Assembly (NCBI GenBank): GCA_964408025.1 | Contig: CAYOXX010000001.1 | Location: forward strand, 79,140-143,139 | Origin: an uncultured Acidobacteriota bacterium | GTDB taxonomy: Bacteria > Acidobacteriota > DATKUA01 | Length of the DNA stretch: 64,000 bases | Direction of reading: 5' to 3' | In this document: positions 44,155 through 54,160 of the stretch, piece by piece | Position numbering within the stretch: the stretch's first letter is position 1 | Layout of the letters: each line of letters starts with the position of its first letter | Notes under the pieces: model-generated | Database searches by the model: none | The model's input: only the letters and a program-made list of their open reading frames with translations | What the model was told of the DNA's origin: nothing | Made by a program: the position numbers and the translations under genes

Positions 44155-45144
44155 TCAGTCGGAAGAGGGCGGTGGGAAATGCGCGTAGCCGTTGGGCGTG
44201 ATCTCCTGGCGGGTTCCATCTTTTCGCGACAGCTCAATACCTGTTTTCGACTTCAACATTTTTCCGATGCGGTGCAGCGCCGGCATTGCCCGCAGACGGT
44301 CGCGATTGTCACGATTCGCTGTGAAGAGCAGCAGGTAATCCTCGCCGCCTTGCAGCGCCAGCTCGATTGGGTCGTCGCTGCGCGAACCGGGTACAGCTGG
44401 CACGGGTAACAAGTCTTCCTCAAGGACTGCGCCAAGGCCGTTTGCCGCGCAGAGGTGCCCGAGATCTATAGCGATGCCGTCGGAGGTGTCTATGCAGCTG
44501 GTCGCCAGGCCGCCGGTCGCCAGCTCTCGCCCTAGCTCTATTTGCGGGACCGGCGACAGATGGCGCTCTACCTCTTCCGCCACCGCGCCGTGGTCGCCGG
44601 CGCCGCCCGCTTCGAGAATGCGCAGCCCAAGCGCCGCCAAACCCGGCGTGCCGCAGATCCAGATATCGTCGCCGTCTGCTGCGCCCGAGCGCCAGAGGAT
44701 CTGGGCAGCGGACACGCGGCCGGTGACCGTAACTGCAACTGTAACCGGTCCCGCGCCGGCACAGGTGTCGCCGCCGACGATCTGGCATCCGTACTTAGCG
44801 GCCGTATTCGTGAAGCCGTCGCGGAACGCCAGCAGCCAGCTCTCATCGAGCTCTGGCGGCAGCGATAGGGCCAGCAGGCAGGCCTGTGGCGTGCCCCCCA
44901 TCGCCGCGATGTCGCTCAGGTTGACCGCGAGCGCCTTGGCGCCGAGCTGGCTCGGCGAGCCGAAGGCGCGCCTGAAATGGACTCCCTCGACGAGCAGATC
45001 GGTTGTCAGGAGTTGCAGTTCACCATTGCTCAGCCGTACGACGGCACAGTCGTCGCCGATCCCCCGGATCACCGGATCGTCAACGGCGCCCGAATCGAAG
45101 AGGCTGATGATTCCCGCCTCGCCAAGTCTGGAGAGGTCAGGCAT
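44155..45144 (-). CDS. thiL: Thiamine-monophosphate kinase
   Basis: 'IGDDCAVV', 'TTDLLVEGVHF', 'GGDT'. Confidence 0.85.
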   Translation of the reverse strand: MPDLSRLGEAGIISLFDSGAVDDPVIRGIGDDCAVVRLSNGELQLLTTDLLVEGVHFRRAFGSPSQLGAKALAVNLSDIAAMGGTPQACLLALSLPPELDESWLLAFRDGFTNTAAKYGCQIVGGDTCAGAGPVTVAVTVTGRVSAAQILWRSGAADGDDIWICGTPGLAALGLRILEAGGAGDHGAVAEEVERHLSPVPQIELGRELATGGLATSCIDTSDGIAIDLGHLCAANGLGAVLEEDLLPVPAVPGSRSDDPIELALQGGEDYLLLFTANRDNRDRLRAMPALHRIGKMLKSKTGIELSRKDGTRQEITPNGYAHFPPPSSD

Positions 45145-45274
45145 AGGTTGTGCCGCGCTTGTGGGTTGAAGTCATCTCCCCCGGAGCGCCGGAACCGCTC
45201 TCGCTCCGTCTCGGTGGAAGGAAGGTGTCGATAGCGCTATGCCGGACCGTTTCAGCCGGTTGATAGCGCTGCGC

Positions 45275-45736
45275 TCACTTCGTGTGCTTCCCGAACAGCT
45301 TGTCAACTTCGCCCTTGAGTTCGGTGATGTCGCTGAAGTCGCGGTATACGGAGGCGAAGCGGACGTAGGCGACGTCGTCGAGATCGTGCAGGCGCTCGAC
45401 TATCATGTTGCCGATGATGCTGCTCTCGATCTCCCTCCCGGGAGAATCGTGCAGCTTCGCCTCGACCGCATCGGCGATCTCCTCCAGCTCCGACATCGGC
45501 ACCGGGCGCTTTTTGCAGGCCAGTATTAGACCCTGCAACACCTTTTGGCGGTCGAACGGCTCCCGCCTGCCGTCGGTCTTGATCACCATGAAGTCGATTT
45601 GGTCATGGGTTTCATAGCTGGTAAAGCGCCTCGAGCAGATCATGCACTCCCGCCGCCGCCTGATAACGGCGCCCTCCCTGCTCTCTCGCGAGTCCACCAC
45701 CCGGTCGTTGTTGCCACCGCAAAATGGACACTTCAT
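45275..45736 (-). CDS. nrdR: Transcriptional repressor NrdR
   Basis: Zn-ribbon 'MKCPFCGG...RRRECMICSRRF' plus an ATP-cone. The ATG at 45736 is preceded by GGAGGAG. Confidence 0.9.
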   Translation of the reverse strand: MKCPFCGGNNDRVVDSRESREGAVIRRRRECMICSRRFTSYETHDQIDFMVIKTDGRREPFDRQKVLQGLILACKKRPVPMSELEEIADAVEAKLHDSPGREIESSIIGNMIVERLHDLDDVAYVRFASVYRDFSDITELKGEVDKLFGKHTK

Positions 45737-46011
45737 AAACTCCTCCCCCCTCTGAACAATCCCCGGCAATCAAGATTATGCGGCCGAAGAGTAGCGAAAT
45801 CAACGTTCCAGGTCAACCTGCATCCGCATGCTGCTATGAACTGACTGTCCATGCGAGACATGTGCCTAGTGATGCCCACGCCGTCCGTAAACCAGAAGCG
45901 TAGACACTCCTGTACACGACTTCGAGCGAGTCGCACACCCGGCCGGCGCGGTTACCTTGCCTGGAGGCGACCGCTGCGATAATATGTCCCCTCTTTTCGG
46001 AGAGGTGTGCT

Positions 46012-46968
46012 GTGGAAGGCGCTGGGGTCGATCTGACAGTTTCGATTCCGATATACAACGAGCGGGAGAACATCACTCTGCTGCTAGACGAGCTTCGCCC
46101 CGTGCTCAACGGCCTCGGCCGCAGCTACGAGATCCTCTTCGTCGACGACGGCAGCGAGGACGGATCGTTCGAGGTCATCAGAGAATTCGCGCTCCAGGAC
46201 AAGCGGATCCGCGCACTCAGGTTCCGCCGCAACGTCGGCCAGACCGCGGCGCTCGACGCCGGCTTCAAGGAGTCCAGCGGCGAGGTGATCGTCACCATGG
46301 ACGGCGACGTTCAGAACGACCCGGCCGACATCCCCAAGCTCCTGCACGCCATGGACGAGGGCGACTACGACATCGTGAGCGGCTGGCGTAGAGACCGCAA
46401 GGACCGCTTCCTGACGCGCCGCCTGCCTTCCTCCATCGCCAACAGGCTGATCAGCAAGATCACAAGCGTGCGCCTCCACGACTACGGTTGCACGCTGAAG
46501 GCCTACCGGCGCGAGGTGGCGAAGCACTTCAACCTCTACGGCGAAATGCACCGCTTCATACCCGCGCTGGGGCGCTTCGTCGGCGCCACGATAACCGAGG
46601 TGCCGGTGAACCACCGGCCGCGCAGGCACGGCAAGTCGAAGTACGGCCTCTCGCGGGTCATGCGAGTGATCTTGGACCTGATCACGGTCAAGTTCTTCCA
46701 GGGCTACATGACGCAGCCTATCAAGGTCATCGGCCGCCTCGGAATCCTCTTCTTCCTGATCGCCTTCGGCTCGCTTGGCTACGTAATCTTTGACAGGTTC
46801 GTCTTCGGCCAGGACATGACTAACAGCCCGTTCTTCTACCTCTCGATTCTCGGCTTCTTCAGCGGACTGCAGCTCGTCACCATCGGCCTGCTCTCCGAAA
46901 TCCTGATACGCACCTATTACGAGAGCCAGAACAAGCCGACCTATATCATCAAGGAGCGAATCAACTAG
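46012..46968 (+). CDS. GT2 polyprenyl-phosphate glycosyltransferase (ArnC/GtrB/DPM1-like)
   Basis: GTG start with GGAGAGG upstream. 'SIPIYNERENI', 'VDDGSEDGS', 'MDGDVQNDP', and two C-terminal TM helices. Confidence 0.85.
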   Translation: MEGAGVDLTVSIPIYNERENITLLLDELRPVLNGLGRSYEILFVDDGSEDGSFEVIREFALQDKRIRALRFRRNVGQTAALDAGFKESSGEVIVTMDGDVQNDPADIPKLLHAMDEGDYDIVSGWRRDRKDRFLTRRLPSSIANRLISKITSVRLHDYGCTLKAYRREVAKHFNLYGEMHRFIPALGRFVGATITEVPVNHRPRRHGKSKYGLSRVMRVILDLITVKFFQGYMTQPIKVIGRLGILFFLIAFGSLGYVIFDRFVFGQDMTNSPFFYLSILGFFSGLQLVTIGLLSEILIRTYYESQNKPTYIIKERIN

Positions 46969-46997
46969 CGACTATCGGCCAAGAGGGGGACCGAACC

Positions 46998-47570
46998 ATG
47001 TCGGACAATGCCGGGGCGGTTCTGAGCCGGGATTCCGAGAAGGAGCTGCTCCGCTTGGCGCGCGCTTCTATCGAGCACTTCCTGGAATCCGGCACCTACA
47101 TCTCGTATTCCACAGAGAATGAAGAGCTTACGCGTCCCTGCGGCGCCTTCGTCTCGCTGCACAAAGGAGGATCGCTACGCGGCTGCATAGGGTTCATTGC
47201 CGCGGAAAAGCCGCTCTGCCAAACAGTCATCGACGTCGCCGTCTCCGCTGCCCTCCGCGATTCCCGTTTCCCGACGGTTTCCGCCGACGAGCTCAGGGAA
47301 TGCGATATCGAAATCTCGGTGCTAACGCCGTTGGAAAGAGTCGAGGATATCGAGGAGATCGAAGTCGGCAGGGACGGCTTGATCATTTCAGACAGCTTCC
47401 ACAGCGGTCTTCTCTTGCCCCAAGTGGCCACGAACTGCGGCTGGGATCGCGATGAATTCCTCGAGCACACCTGCGTCAAGGCCGGCCTGCCGCCCGACGC
47501 CTGGCGGGGCGAAGTCACCATCGAGCGCTTCCAGGCCCAGGTCTTCGACGAAAGCATTCTTGACGATTAG
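46998..47570 (+). CDS. AMMECR1-domain protein (AmmeMemoRadiSam system protein A type)
   Basis: 'CGAFVSLHKGGSLRGCIG', 'DSRFP', 'EISVLTP', 'GLLLPQVA'. Confidence 0.8.
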   Translation: MSDNAGAVLSRDSEKELLRLARASIEHFLESGTYISYSTENEELTRPCGAFVSLHKGGSLRGCIGFIAAEKPLCQTVIDVAVSAALRDSRFPTVSADELRECDIEISVLTPLERVEDIEEIEVGRDGLIISDSFHSGLLLPQVATNCGWDRDEFLEHTCVKAGLPPDAWRGEVTIERFQAQVFDESILDD

Positions 47571-47625
47571 GCCGTGTCCTCTTATTCCTGTCCTTTTGGA
47601 GGGGGGAAGTTGAGAACTTTGGCAG

Positions 47626-47645
47626 GACAGACACTCTTGTCTGTC
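47626..47645 (+). other. Perfect 8-bp hairpin GACAGACA-CTCT-TGTCTGTC downstream of the AMMECR1 gene
   Basis: Read directly from the DNA. A near-identical hairpin occurs at 52003-52022. No T-tract follows this copy. Confidence 0.5.
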
Positions 47646-47739
47646 GTCGGAGCAAAGCCCTGGTTAACAACTTGGTAACCACTCTTAGCACACAGACAGC
47701 ACTCACAAAAAATTTTCAAAAAGTGTCGGTTTCTTGAGA

Positions 47740-47774
47740 AATAACGGCCGGCTGATATCCAGCCGACCGTTATT
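47740..47774 (-). terminator. Intrinsic-terminator-like hairpin downstream of the BON gene
   Basis: AATAACGGCCGGCTG / CAGCCGACCGTTATT (15-bp stem, one mismatch) with loop ATATC. On the minus strand it is followed by TCTCAAG...TTTTTG. It lies 29 nt from the BON stop codon. Confidence 0.6.
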
Positions 47775-47802
47775 CAGGTTGAGTGAGGTCTGAGGTGGTA
47801 GA

Positions 47803-48336
47803 TCACTCCTCGACGCGAAGGTTGTTGGTCAGGTTCACAATGCCGCCGACGCCACGGGCGATGCTCTCCGCGAGCCTGCTGTCCATCCGGGTGTCGACGA
47901 CGCCTTCCAGCGTCACGTAGCCGTTGTTGACGATGATGTGGATCGGCCCCGCCTGGTTCCTCATGATCGAGTAGCGCAACAGCCGGTCGTCGGTGTAGAT
48001 GCCGCGAGCAATAGCGTAGCGCAGGTTGTCATCGACGGCGGAGACCGACAGGGTCTCAATGTTGTTCTCGACGCTTGCGACGCCGTCCACCCTGTGGAGA
48101 ATCGTTCTCTCGAAGGCATCGCTCTTGTACGGATCGGTCACGAAGCCGCCCAGGGTCACGACGCCCTCGCTGACGTCTACCGAAACGATGTCGAAGATCG
48201 TGTAGAAGACGTGGCTCTGAACCACGTTGAATACGTCGGCGTAGATGATGTCGTCTCGGTTCTCCTCCTGTGCCGATAGCGTTACCGACAGCAACGCGGT
48301 TATCGCCATTGCTGCGATAAGATTTCTCGTTTTCAT
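47803..48336 (-). CDS. BON-domain (OsmY-like) periplasmic protein
   Basis: Signal peptide 'AAMAITALLSVTLSAQ'. Two BON-like units ('VTLGGFV', 'VTLEGVV', each followed by 'V..V.N.L.V'). Confidence 0.75.
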   Translation of the reverse strand: MKTRNLIAAMAITALLSVTLSAQEENRDDIIYADVFNVVQSHVFYTIFDIVSVDVSEGVVTLGGFVTDPYKSDAFERTILHRVDGVASVENNIETLSVSAVDDNLRYAIARGIYTDDRLLRYSIMRNQAGPIHIIVNNGYVTLEGVVDTRMDSRLAESIARGVGGIVNLTNNLRVEE

Positions 48337-48569
48337 CGCCTTGCTCCTTTCCTATCTAAACCGAAAATGATGCCATTATCGCCAGTTGACCGTAACGGCC
48401 ATTACCTCGCTAAAGCACTGGTTAAACATCAAGTCCCTACTGATATTACGATTTCGTGATGATTATATTTCTCCAGTAGCGCAGGCCAGCCACGGCAGTC
48501 GGCCGTCGCATACGCGGCACAACTTAGGCTTATCGCTCCACATGACAATAATGTTCACTGGAAGTTGTT

Positions 48570-50588
48570 TCAACGCGGCGGGTCGACGGTGTAGTAGAGG
48601 CTTTCGTCCCAGCGGCTGTTCTCGTAGACGAGGAAATAGCCGTCGTCGAAGTAGTCGACGAAGCGGTAGTGCGAGAAGGGTTGCCCCAGGAGCTCGATGG
48701 CTTCCTGAATCTGCCGGTGGTTGTAGTGCCTGGTGCGGATCACCAGGAACCGCAGCGCGTAGTTGTCCTGCAGGTACTTGATACTCCTCCTGGACGGGAA
48801 AGCGGACATCTCGTTATAGAGTGTCATGTACTCGGGCGGCCAGTAGCTGAGCTGGCCGGTGACCATCGGCCGCCAGTGGTACATCGACCAGTACATGCGG
48901 TCCGTCTCCGGGTGGTGGGGCGGCCCCCAGACCGGCAACTCGATGAAGGGGCTGGCCGCGGGCTCGGCTGCCAGCCAACGGTAGAACTCCGGCACCAGCA
49001 GCGGCACCTCCACCCAGTCGTGCCGGTTGCGGATGTTCGGGTCGCGATTGTGGTTGTAGGTGGTGTCTACCTGGTACTCGAAGCCGATCCAGACGAACAT
49101 GCCGACCAGCAGCGCCACGCCCGCCACCTTCGGCAACTTCTCGAGTCGCTTAAGCGCCACGCCTGCGGCCGCGACGGCGAAGAGCACGAAGTTGGTGTTG
49201 AAGTGCATCGGCTGCCTGATCGTGCCGAAGCCCGGCAGGAAGCTGAACAGTGGCCAGTAGACGTTCTGCGCCACGCTCACGTTACGGATGTGTAGTTGCG
49301 GCCCGAGTGCGAAGAGGCTGTTCAAAACCGCAAGCGACAGGAAGGCCCAGAGCGCAAAGCCCTCGAAACTAATCCTCCCCTTCCCCACCCCGACGGCTGC
49401 CACGAACGCCGCAAACAGCCAGGCGATCAGTGCGCACCATAGCAACCCTGTAAGAAGCGTGAATCCATCGTTCGGTTGCGACGGCGGCGATACGGCATAG
49501 GCCGCCATGAGCAGGCCGCTCAGCGCGGTCAGGGCCAGTACGAGCCAGCGCATGGCGCCGAAAGCTCTGGTGATACCTTTCCCCGCCTCTTCACCCTTCT
49601 TAGGCGCCGATGGCCGAGTCGTAAAGAACATCCCGAGGGCGAATAGAATCGCCGCCGCGGCGAGGAAGCCGGGGAAGAGCGTGAAATAGGGTGTCCTGAC
49701 CCGCGCCGGCAGGAGGTCATAAGGCGGCGAGACGAGATATTTCGGCTGCTGGGCGTAATCGAGCAGGTCGGGGGAGAAGACAAGCACCTGCTGAAGGTCC
49801 GGCCCGAGGCCGAGTTCCTGTGTGATGCGATAGAACGGGTAGTAGAACGGCGCCAGAAACAGCAGGAGAACCGCGCCGGAGATCAGCAGCCAGGCAATAG
49901 AACGGCGGTCGAGCGGGAAGGCGATCCAGAGCATGATCACGAACAGAGCCAGCGGTAAGCTGAACATCACGAAGTAGGTGGCGCAGCTCATAGCCTGCAT
50001 CCAGAGCGCCGCCATCGCCGCGAAGGCCCAGCGGCGCCTGCGCTCGCGGAAAAAGCGTATCATGAACAGCAGCACATACGGCAGCCACTCGTGCGAGGCG
50101 TACTGCAGGTGGGTGATGCTGTCCAGCCTGTACGGCGTGAAGGCAAACAGCACTCCCGCGATCACGGCGATCGCCGTGCGGCCTGTGAGGTAGCGAACCA
50201 GCAGGAACATGCCGAAAGCGGCGAGCGTGAAGGCTATCAGGAAGGAGGCGTTGAACACGACCGTCGGCTCGGAGGTGAAGAACAGCAGCGGCAGCGCCAG
50301 CAGGCTCGGGGCGATGACGCTGTCGCTGTAAGCCAGGGCGTCCGTGTTCGGGTAGAAGATATTGGCCCTGTAGAGGTTGATCGGGTCGTTTAGAAGCTGG
50401 TGGTGAACCCAGGTCATGGTCCAGATGAGCACCTTGGGGTCGGGGCCGGCGTGCAGGCGGCCCTTCATGTCGACCGAGCGCGGATAGAGAACAGCTACCG
50501 TGAAGGCGAAGAAGAGAACTAAAACCGCCAGCTTGACGATAAACGGCTTACTGAAAATCCCCAGGACCTTTTGCGGCAGCGCCAACAA
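48570..50588 (-). CDS. Large polytopic membrane protein, possible GT-C-fold glycosyltransferase
   Basis: More than 10 hydrophobic helices, a first-loop segment 'NIFYPNTDALAYSDS', and a soluble C-terminal domain of about 180 aa. The function is inferred only from topology and context. Confidence 0.5.
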   Translation of the reverse strand: MLALPQKVLGIFSKPFIVKLAVLVLFFAFTVAVLYPRSVDMKGRLHAGPDPKVLIWTMTWVHHQLLNDPINLYRANIFYPNTDALAYSDSVIAPSLLALPLLFFTSEPTVVFNASFLIAFTLAAFGMFLLVRYLTGRTAIAVIAGVLFAFTPYRLDSITHLQYASHEWLPYVLLFMIRFFRERRRRWAFAAMAALWMQAMSCATYFVMFSLPLALFVIMLWIAFPLDRRSIAWLLISGAVLLLFLAPFYYPFYRITQELGLGPDLQQVLVFSPDLLDYAQQPKYLVSPPYDLLPARVRTPYFTLFPGFLAAAAILFALGMFFTTRPSAPKKGEEAGKGITRAFGAMRWLVLALTALSGLLMAAYAVSPPSQPNDGFTLLTGLLWCALIAWLFAAFVAAVGVGKGRISFEGFALWAFLSLAVLNSLFALGPQLHIRNVSVAQNVYWPLFSFLPGFGTIRQPMHFNTNFVLFAVAAAGVALKRLEKLPKVAGVALLVGMFVWIGFEYQVDTTYNHNRDPNIRNRHDWVEVPLLVPEFYRWLAAEPAASPFIELPVWGPPHHPETDRMYWSMYHWRPMVTGQLSYWPPEYMTLYNEMSAFPSRRSIKYLQDNYALRFLVIRTRHYNHRQIQEAIELLGQPFSHYRFVDYFDDGYFLVYENSRWDESLYYTVDPPR

Positions 50589-50804
50589 TATCTCTCCCCA
50601 AAAGGTAATCGGGCTTGCGATAGTATATTTCTTGAACGGCAGATCTTAGCACGGCGGGAATCGGGGGGACAATAGCGCCTGGAGTGTCAATACGGTTGCG
50701 ATGACAACCGCCAGCCCTTATTATAGGTGGCGTAACCGGTGCTACTACCAGCATCCAGGTTTCTTAATCCGCCAATGTTGTTTATCCAAGCCGCGAGGTG
50801 AGCA

Positions 50805-51983
50805 ATGGGAAATCCTGTAATCATCAGCGCCGTGCGAACCGCCGTCGGTCGCTTCCTAGGTACGCTCTCGCCGTTGAGCGCCACCAAGCTGGGCTCCGTC
50901 GCCGTCAGGGAAGCTGTGGCGCGGGCGGGCGTCGATCCCGAGAGCGTAGACGAGGTGATCATGGGCAACGTCGTCTCCGCCGGTCTCGGCCAGGCGCCGG
51001 CACGCCAGGCCGCCATCAACGCCGGCCTCCCCGACAAGATCCCCTCCATGGCGATCAACAAGGTTTGCGGCTCCGGCCTCAAGGCAGCGGTGCTGGCTGC
51101 GCAGGCGATCAAGCTCGGCGACGCCGAGGTGGTGGTGGCCGGCGGCATGGAGAGCATGACCAACTGCCCCTACACGCTGCCCGCCGCCCGCCAGGGCATG
51201 CGCATGGGCAACAGCGAGGCGGTCGACCTGATGATCCTCGACGGCCTCTGGGACTCCTTCAACGACTTCCACATGGGCGAAACCGGCGAGATCGTGGCCG
51301 AGAAGTACAAGATCTCCCGCGAGAGTCAGGACGAGTACGCCTTCAACAGCCACCGCAAGGCTGTGGCCGCCATCGAAGGCGGCAAGTTCAAGGGCGAGAT
51401 CGTCCCCGTTGAGATTCCGCAGCGCAAGGGCGAACCGATCTCCTTCGACACCGACGAAGGCCCGCGCGCCGACACGACTATCGAAAGGCTGGCACGCCTG
51501 CGTCCCGCTTTTAAGAAGGACGGCACTGTGACGGCCGGCAACGCCTCGAGCATCAACGACGGCGCCTCGGCCGTCGTAGTCACTTCCGAAGAGAACTCCG
51601 GAAGACTCGGCGCCGAGCCGATGGCGCGCATCGCCGGCTATGCAGTCAGCGGCGTAGCGCCGGAGATGGTGATGATGGCCCCGGTGCCCGCGGTTAACAC
51701 GCTGCTCGAGCGTGTAGGCTGGACTGTCGACGACGTGGACCTGCTGGAGCTCAACGAGGCGTTCAGCGTCCAGGCCATCGCCTGCTGCCAGGAACTCGGT
51801 TTTGATTTCGAGAATGTAAACGTCAACGGCGGCGCGGTCGCCATCGGCCACCCGATCGGCGCCAGCGGCGCCCGCATCCTCACCACACTGCTCTACGCCA
51901 TGGCTGACCGCGGTGCGACGAAGGGCGTAGCCGCACTCTGCCTCGGGGGTGGAAACGCCGTCGCTATGGCCGTCGAACGCTGA
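50805..51983 (+). CDS. Acetyl-CoA C-acetyltransferase (thiolase II)
   Basis: Active-site Cys block '[11 protein letters not shown]', '[17 protein letters not shown]', '[11 protein letters not shown]'. Confidence 0.9.
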   Translation: MGNPVIISAVRTAVGRFLGTLSPLSATKLGSVAVREAVARAGVDPESVDEVIMGNVVSAGLGQAPARQAAINAGLPDKIPSMAINKVCGSGLKAAVLAAQAIKLGDAEVVVAGGMESMTNCPYTLPAARQGMRMGNSEAVDLMILDGLWDSFNDFHMGETGEIVAEKYKISRESQDEYAFNSHRKAVAAIEGGKFKGEIVPVEIPQRKGEPISFDTDEGPRADTTIERLARLRPAFKKDGTVTAGNASSINDGASAVVVTSEENSGRLGAEPMARIAGYAVSGVAPEMVMMAPVPAVNTLLERVGWTVDDVDLLELNEAFSVQAIACCQELGFDFENVNVNGGAVAIGHPIGASGARILTTLLYAMADRGATKGVAALCLGGGNAVAMAVER

Positions 51984-52002
51984 ACACTATTTTAAACGCT
52001 AG

Positions 52003-52022
52003 GACGGACACTCCTGTCTGTC
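52003..52022 (+). terminator. Hairpin GACGGACA-CTCC-TGTCTGTC followed by ATATTTTTA, downstream of the thiolase gene
   Basis: 8-bp stem (one G-T pair) starting 20 nt after the stop codon, with a T-rich tail. Confidence 0.5.
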
Positions 52023-52070
52023 ATATTTTTAATAGCGAGGGACTTGAAGAGGGAAATCGGGGGTAATGAA

Positions 52071-52919
52071 ATGAAAATCGAAACGATCGGCGTGGTAGGC
52101 GCGGGCACGATGGGCAACGGCATAGCACACGTCGCCGCCTTCTCGGGCTACAACGTCCTCCTCAACGATGTCGGCGACGCGGAGCTGGAGAAGGCGCTGG
52201 CGATCATCGGAAAGAACCTGCAGCGCGGCGTGGACAAGGATAAGTTCGGCGCCGCCGACAAGGACGCTACTCTGGCGCGGATCGCCACCTCGACCGACGT
52301 CGGAGTCATGAAAGACGCCGACCTGGTGGTCGAGGCGGTAGTTGAGCGCTACGAGCTGAAGCAGGAGATCTTCAAGCGCCTCGACGAGATCTGCCGCCCC
52401 GAGGCCATCCTGGCCAGCAACACATCGACCATATCGATCACCAAGATCGCCGGCAACGTCGCCGACGCCGGCCGCGTCATCGGCATGCACTTCATGAACC
52501 CGGTGCCGGTGATGAAGCTGGTGGAGATCATCCGCGGCATGGCTACCAGCGACGAGACGTTCGAGGCGACGAAGGGCCTGGCGGAGAAGCTGGGCAAGGT
52601 CCCGGTCGAGGCCGGCGACTACCCGGGCTTCATCTCCAACCGTATCCTGATGCCGATGATCAACGAGGCGGTATACTGCCTGATGGAGGGAGTCGGCTCC
52701 GCCGAGGCGATAGATACGGTCATGAAGCTGGGCATGGCCCACCCGATGGGCCCCCTGGCGCTGGCCGACCTCATCGGCCTCGACACCTGCCTCTTCATCA
52801 TGGAAGTGCTTTACGAGGGGCTCGGCGACTCGAAGTACCGCCCCTGCCCACTGCTGCGCAAGTACGTCGACGCGGGCTTCCTGGGGCGCAAAACCAAGCG
52901 GGGATTCTATAGTTACTAG
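52071..52919 (+). CDS. hbd: 3-hydroxybutyryl-CoA dehydrogenase
   Basis: '[14 protein letters not shown]' Rossmann motif, 'NTSTISIT', '[13 protein letters not shown]'. The ORF is also open from a TTG at 52044. Confidence 0.9.
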   Translation: MKIETIGVVGAGTMGNGIAHVAAFSGYNVLLNDVGDAELEKALAIIGKNLQRGVDKDKFGAADKDATLARIATSTDVGVMKDADLVVEAVVERYELKQEIFKRLDEICRPEAILASNTSTISITKIAGNVADAGRVIGMHFMNPVPVMKLVEIIRGMATSDETFEATKGLAEKLGKVPVEAGDYPGFISNRILMPMINEAVYCLMEGVGSAEAIDTVMKLGMAHPMGPLALADLIGLDTCLFIMEVLYEGLGDSKYRPCPLLRKYVDAGFLGRKTKRGFYSY

Positions 52920-52974
52920 GCCATACCGCACGCCACACCGGATGCCTCCGCACGAGAGGTGGGGGCGGGGAGCT

Positions 52975-54147
52975 ATGAGGGCGGTTTCGCGCTCGCTATC
53001 GGCGCTGCTGGCAGCTGCTGCAGCGCTGCTCCTGGCTACATCGTCTACAGCGAGCTGGCCACAAGATCAGTCTGGAGACGAGCGCCAGCGACAGCTCCGC
53101 CGCATCAACGCCGAAATCGAGCGTCTGCAAGGCGATATATCATCGCTGCAGTCCTCCGAACAGACGACCATCAGGCGTATAGAGCAGCTACGCCTGCAGA
53201 GGCAGATTCACCTGCGGGAGATCGATAGCCTTGAGATCGAAATCGGCTCCGCTGAGGAGCGAATCGTCGAGCTCGAGGATACCGTATCGGGTATCGAGAT
53301 CTCGTTGCGCGAGCGCCGAGCCGAACTCGGACGGATCGTGCGGAGGCTGTACACCAGCGGCCGCCACGGCATGCTGCGTGTGCTACTCTCCGTTCCCCAG
53401 GCGCGACAACTCGGGCTGGCGCAGGCCTACCTGGCGGCCATCTCCGAGCGGGAGATGATATTCATTCAGAGCTACCAGGCCGATATAGCCGTGCTGCAAG
53501 GCCAGCGGACGGAACTGGTGCGGGCGCGCACCGAGCTCGAGGAGATGCGCGAAGCGGAGCGCCGCCATGCCCGGGAAGCCGCCGAGGCCGAGCAGGATCA
53601 GGAGCGCATCCTCGACGAGATCCGCAACCAAGGTGGCATCTACCAGCAGGCCCTGCGCGAGAAGATCGCAGCCCGCCAAGCGCTTGAAGAGCTGATAGAG
53701 CGTGTGACGAGCGGCGAAGAGCCCGCGCCGCACGCACCCCTCTCCGGCATGCGCGGTCGCCTGGCCTGGCCATGCCAGGGCGAAGTGGTGGCACGCTTCG
53801 GCAGGATAAGGGACGCTAACTACGACGTGGTGCTGGAGAACGATGGCATCGACATCGAAGCCCCGACCGGCACGCCGGTGCGCGCCATCTACGTCGGCTC
53901 CGTCGTATTCTGCGACTGGATCGACGAGCGCGGCAATATGGTTGTCCTCAACCACGGGAACGGCTATTATTCGTTGTACGCTCATCTGGAGCGCTTCTAC
54001 GTGGCGCTGGGAGACCAGGTGAGCGCCGGCCAGGCTATCGGTACGGTAGGCGAAACAGGCTCGCTTAAGGGATCGATACTGCACTTCGAGATCCGCAGGC
54101 AGGCCCAGGCCCTCGATCCAGCCGACTGGTTGACAAGGCAACCCTGA
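52975..54147 (+). CDS. envC: EnvC-like murein hydrolase activator (coiled coil + degenerate LytM/M23 domain)
   Basis: Signal peptide starts at the ATG at 52975. Long heptad-rich region. The C-terminal M23 fold reads 'NDGIDIEAP' (family HxxxD His is Asn here) and 'GSILHFEIR' (first His of HxH is Ile here). Confidence 0.75.
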   Translation: MRAVSRSLSALLAAAAALLLATSSTASWPQDQSGDERQRQLRRINAEIERLQGDISSLQSSEQTTIRRIEQLRLQRQIHLREIDSLEIEIGSAEERIVELEDTVSGIEISLRERRAELGRIVRRLYTSGRHGMLRVLLSVPQARQLGLAQAYLAAISEREMIFIQSYQADIAVLQGQRTELVRARTELEEMREAERRHAREAAEAEQDQERILDEIRNQGGIYQQALREKIAARQALEELIERVTSGEEPAPHAPLSGMRGRLAWPCQGEVVARFGRIRDANYDVVLENDGIDIEAPTGTPVRAIYVGSVVFCDWIDERGNMVVLNHGNGYYSLYAHLERFYVALGDQVSAGQAIGTVGETGSLKGSILHFEIRRQAQALDPADWLTRQP

Positions 54148-54160
54148 AGAGGTCGCAGTT

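Noticed and set aside
45901-45918. Third copy of the GACACTCCTGT hairpin core (GTAGACACTCCTGTACAC) in the nrdR/GT2 spacer
   Set aside because: Only 5 of 7 stem positions pair and the arms differ from the other two copies. It could be chance similarity of an 11-nt core.
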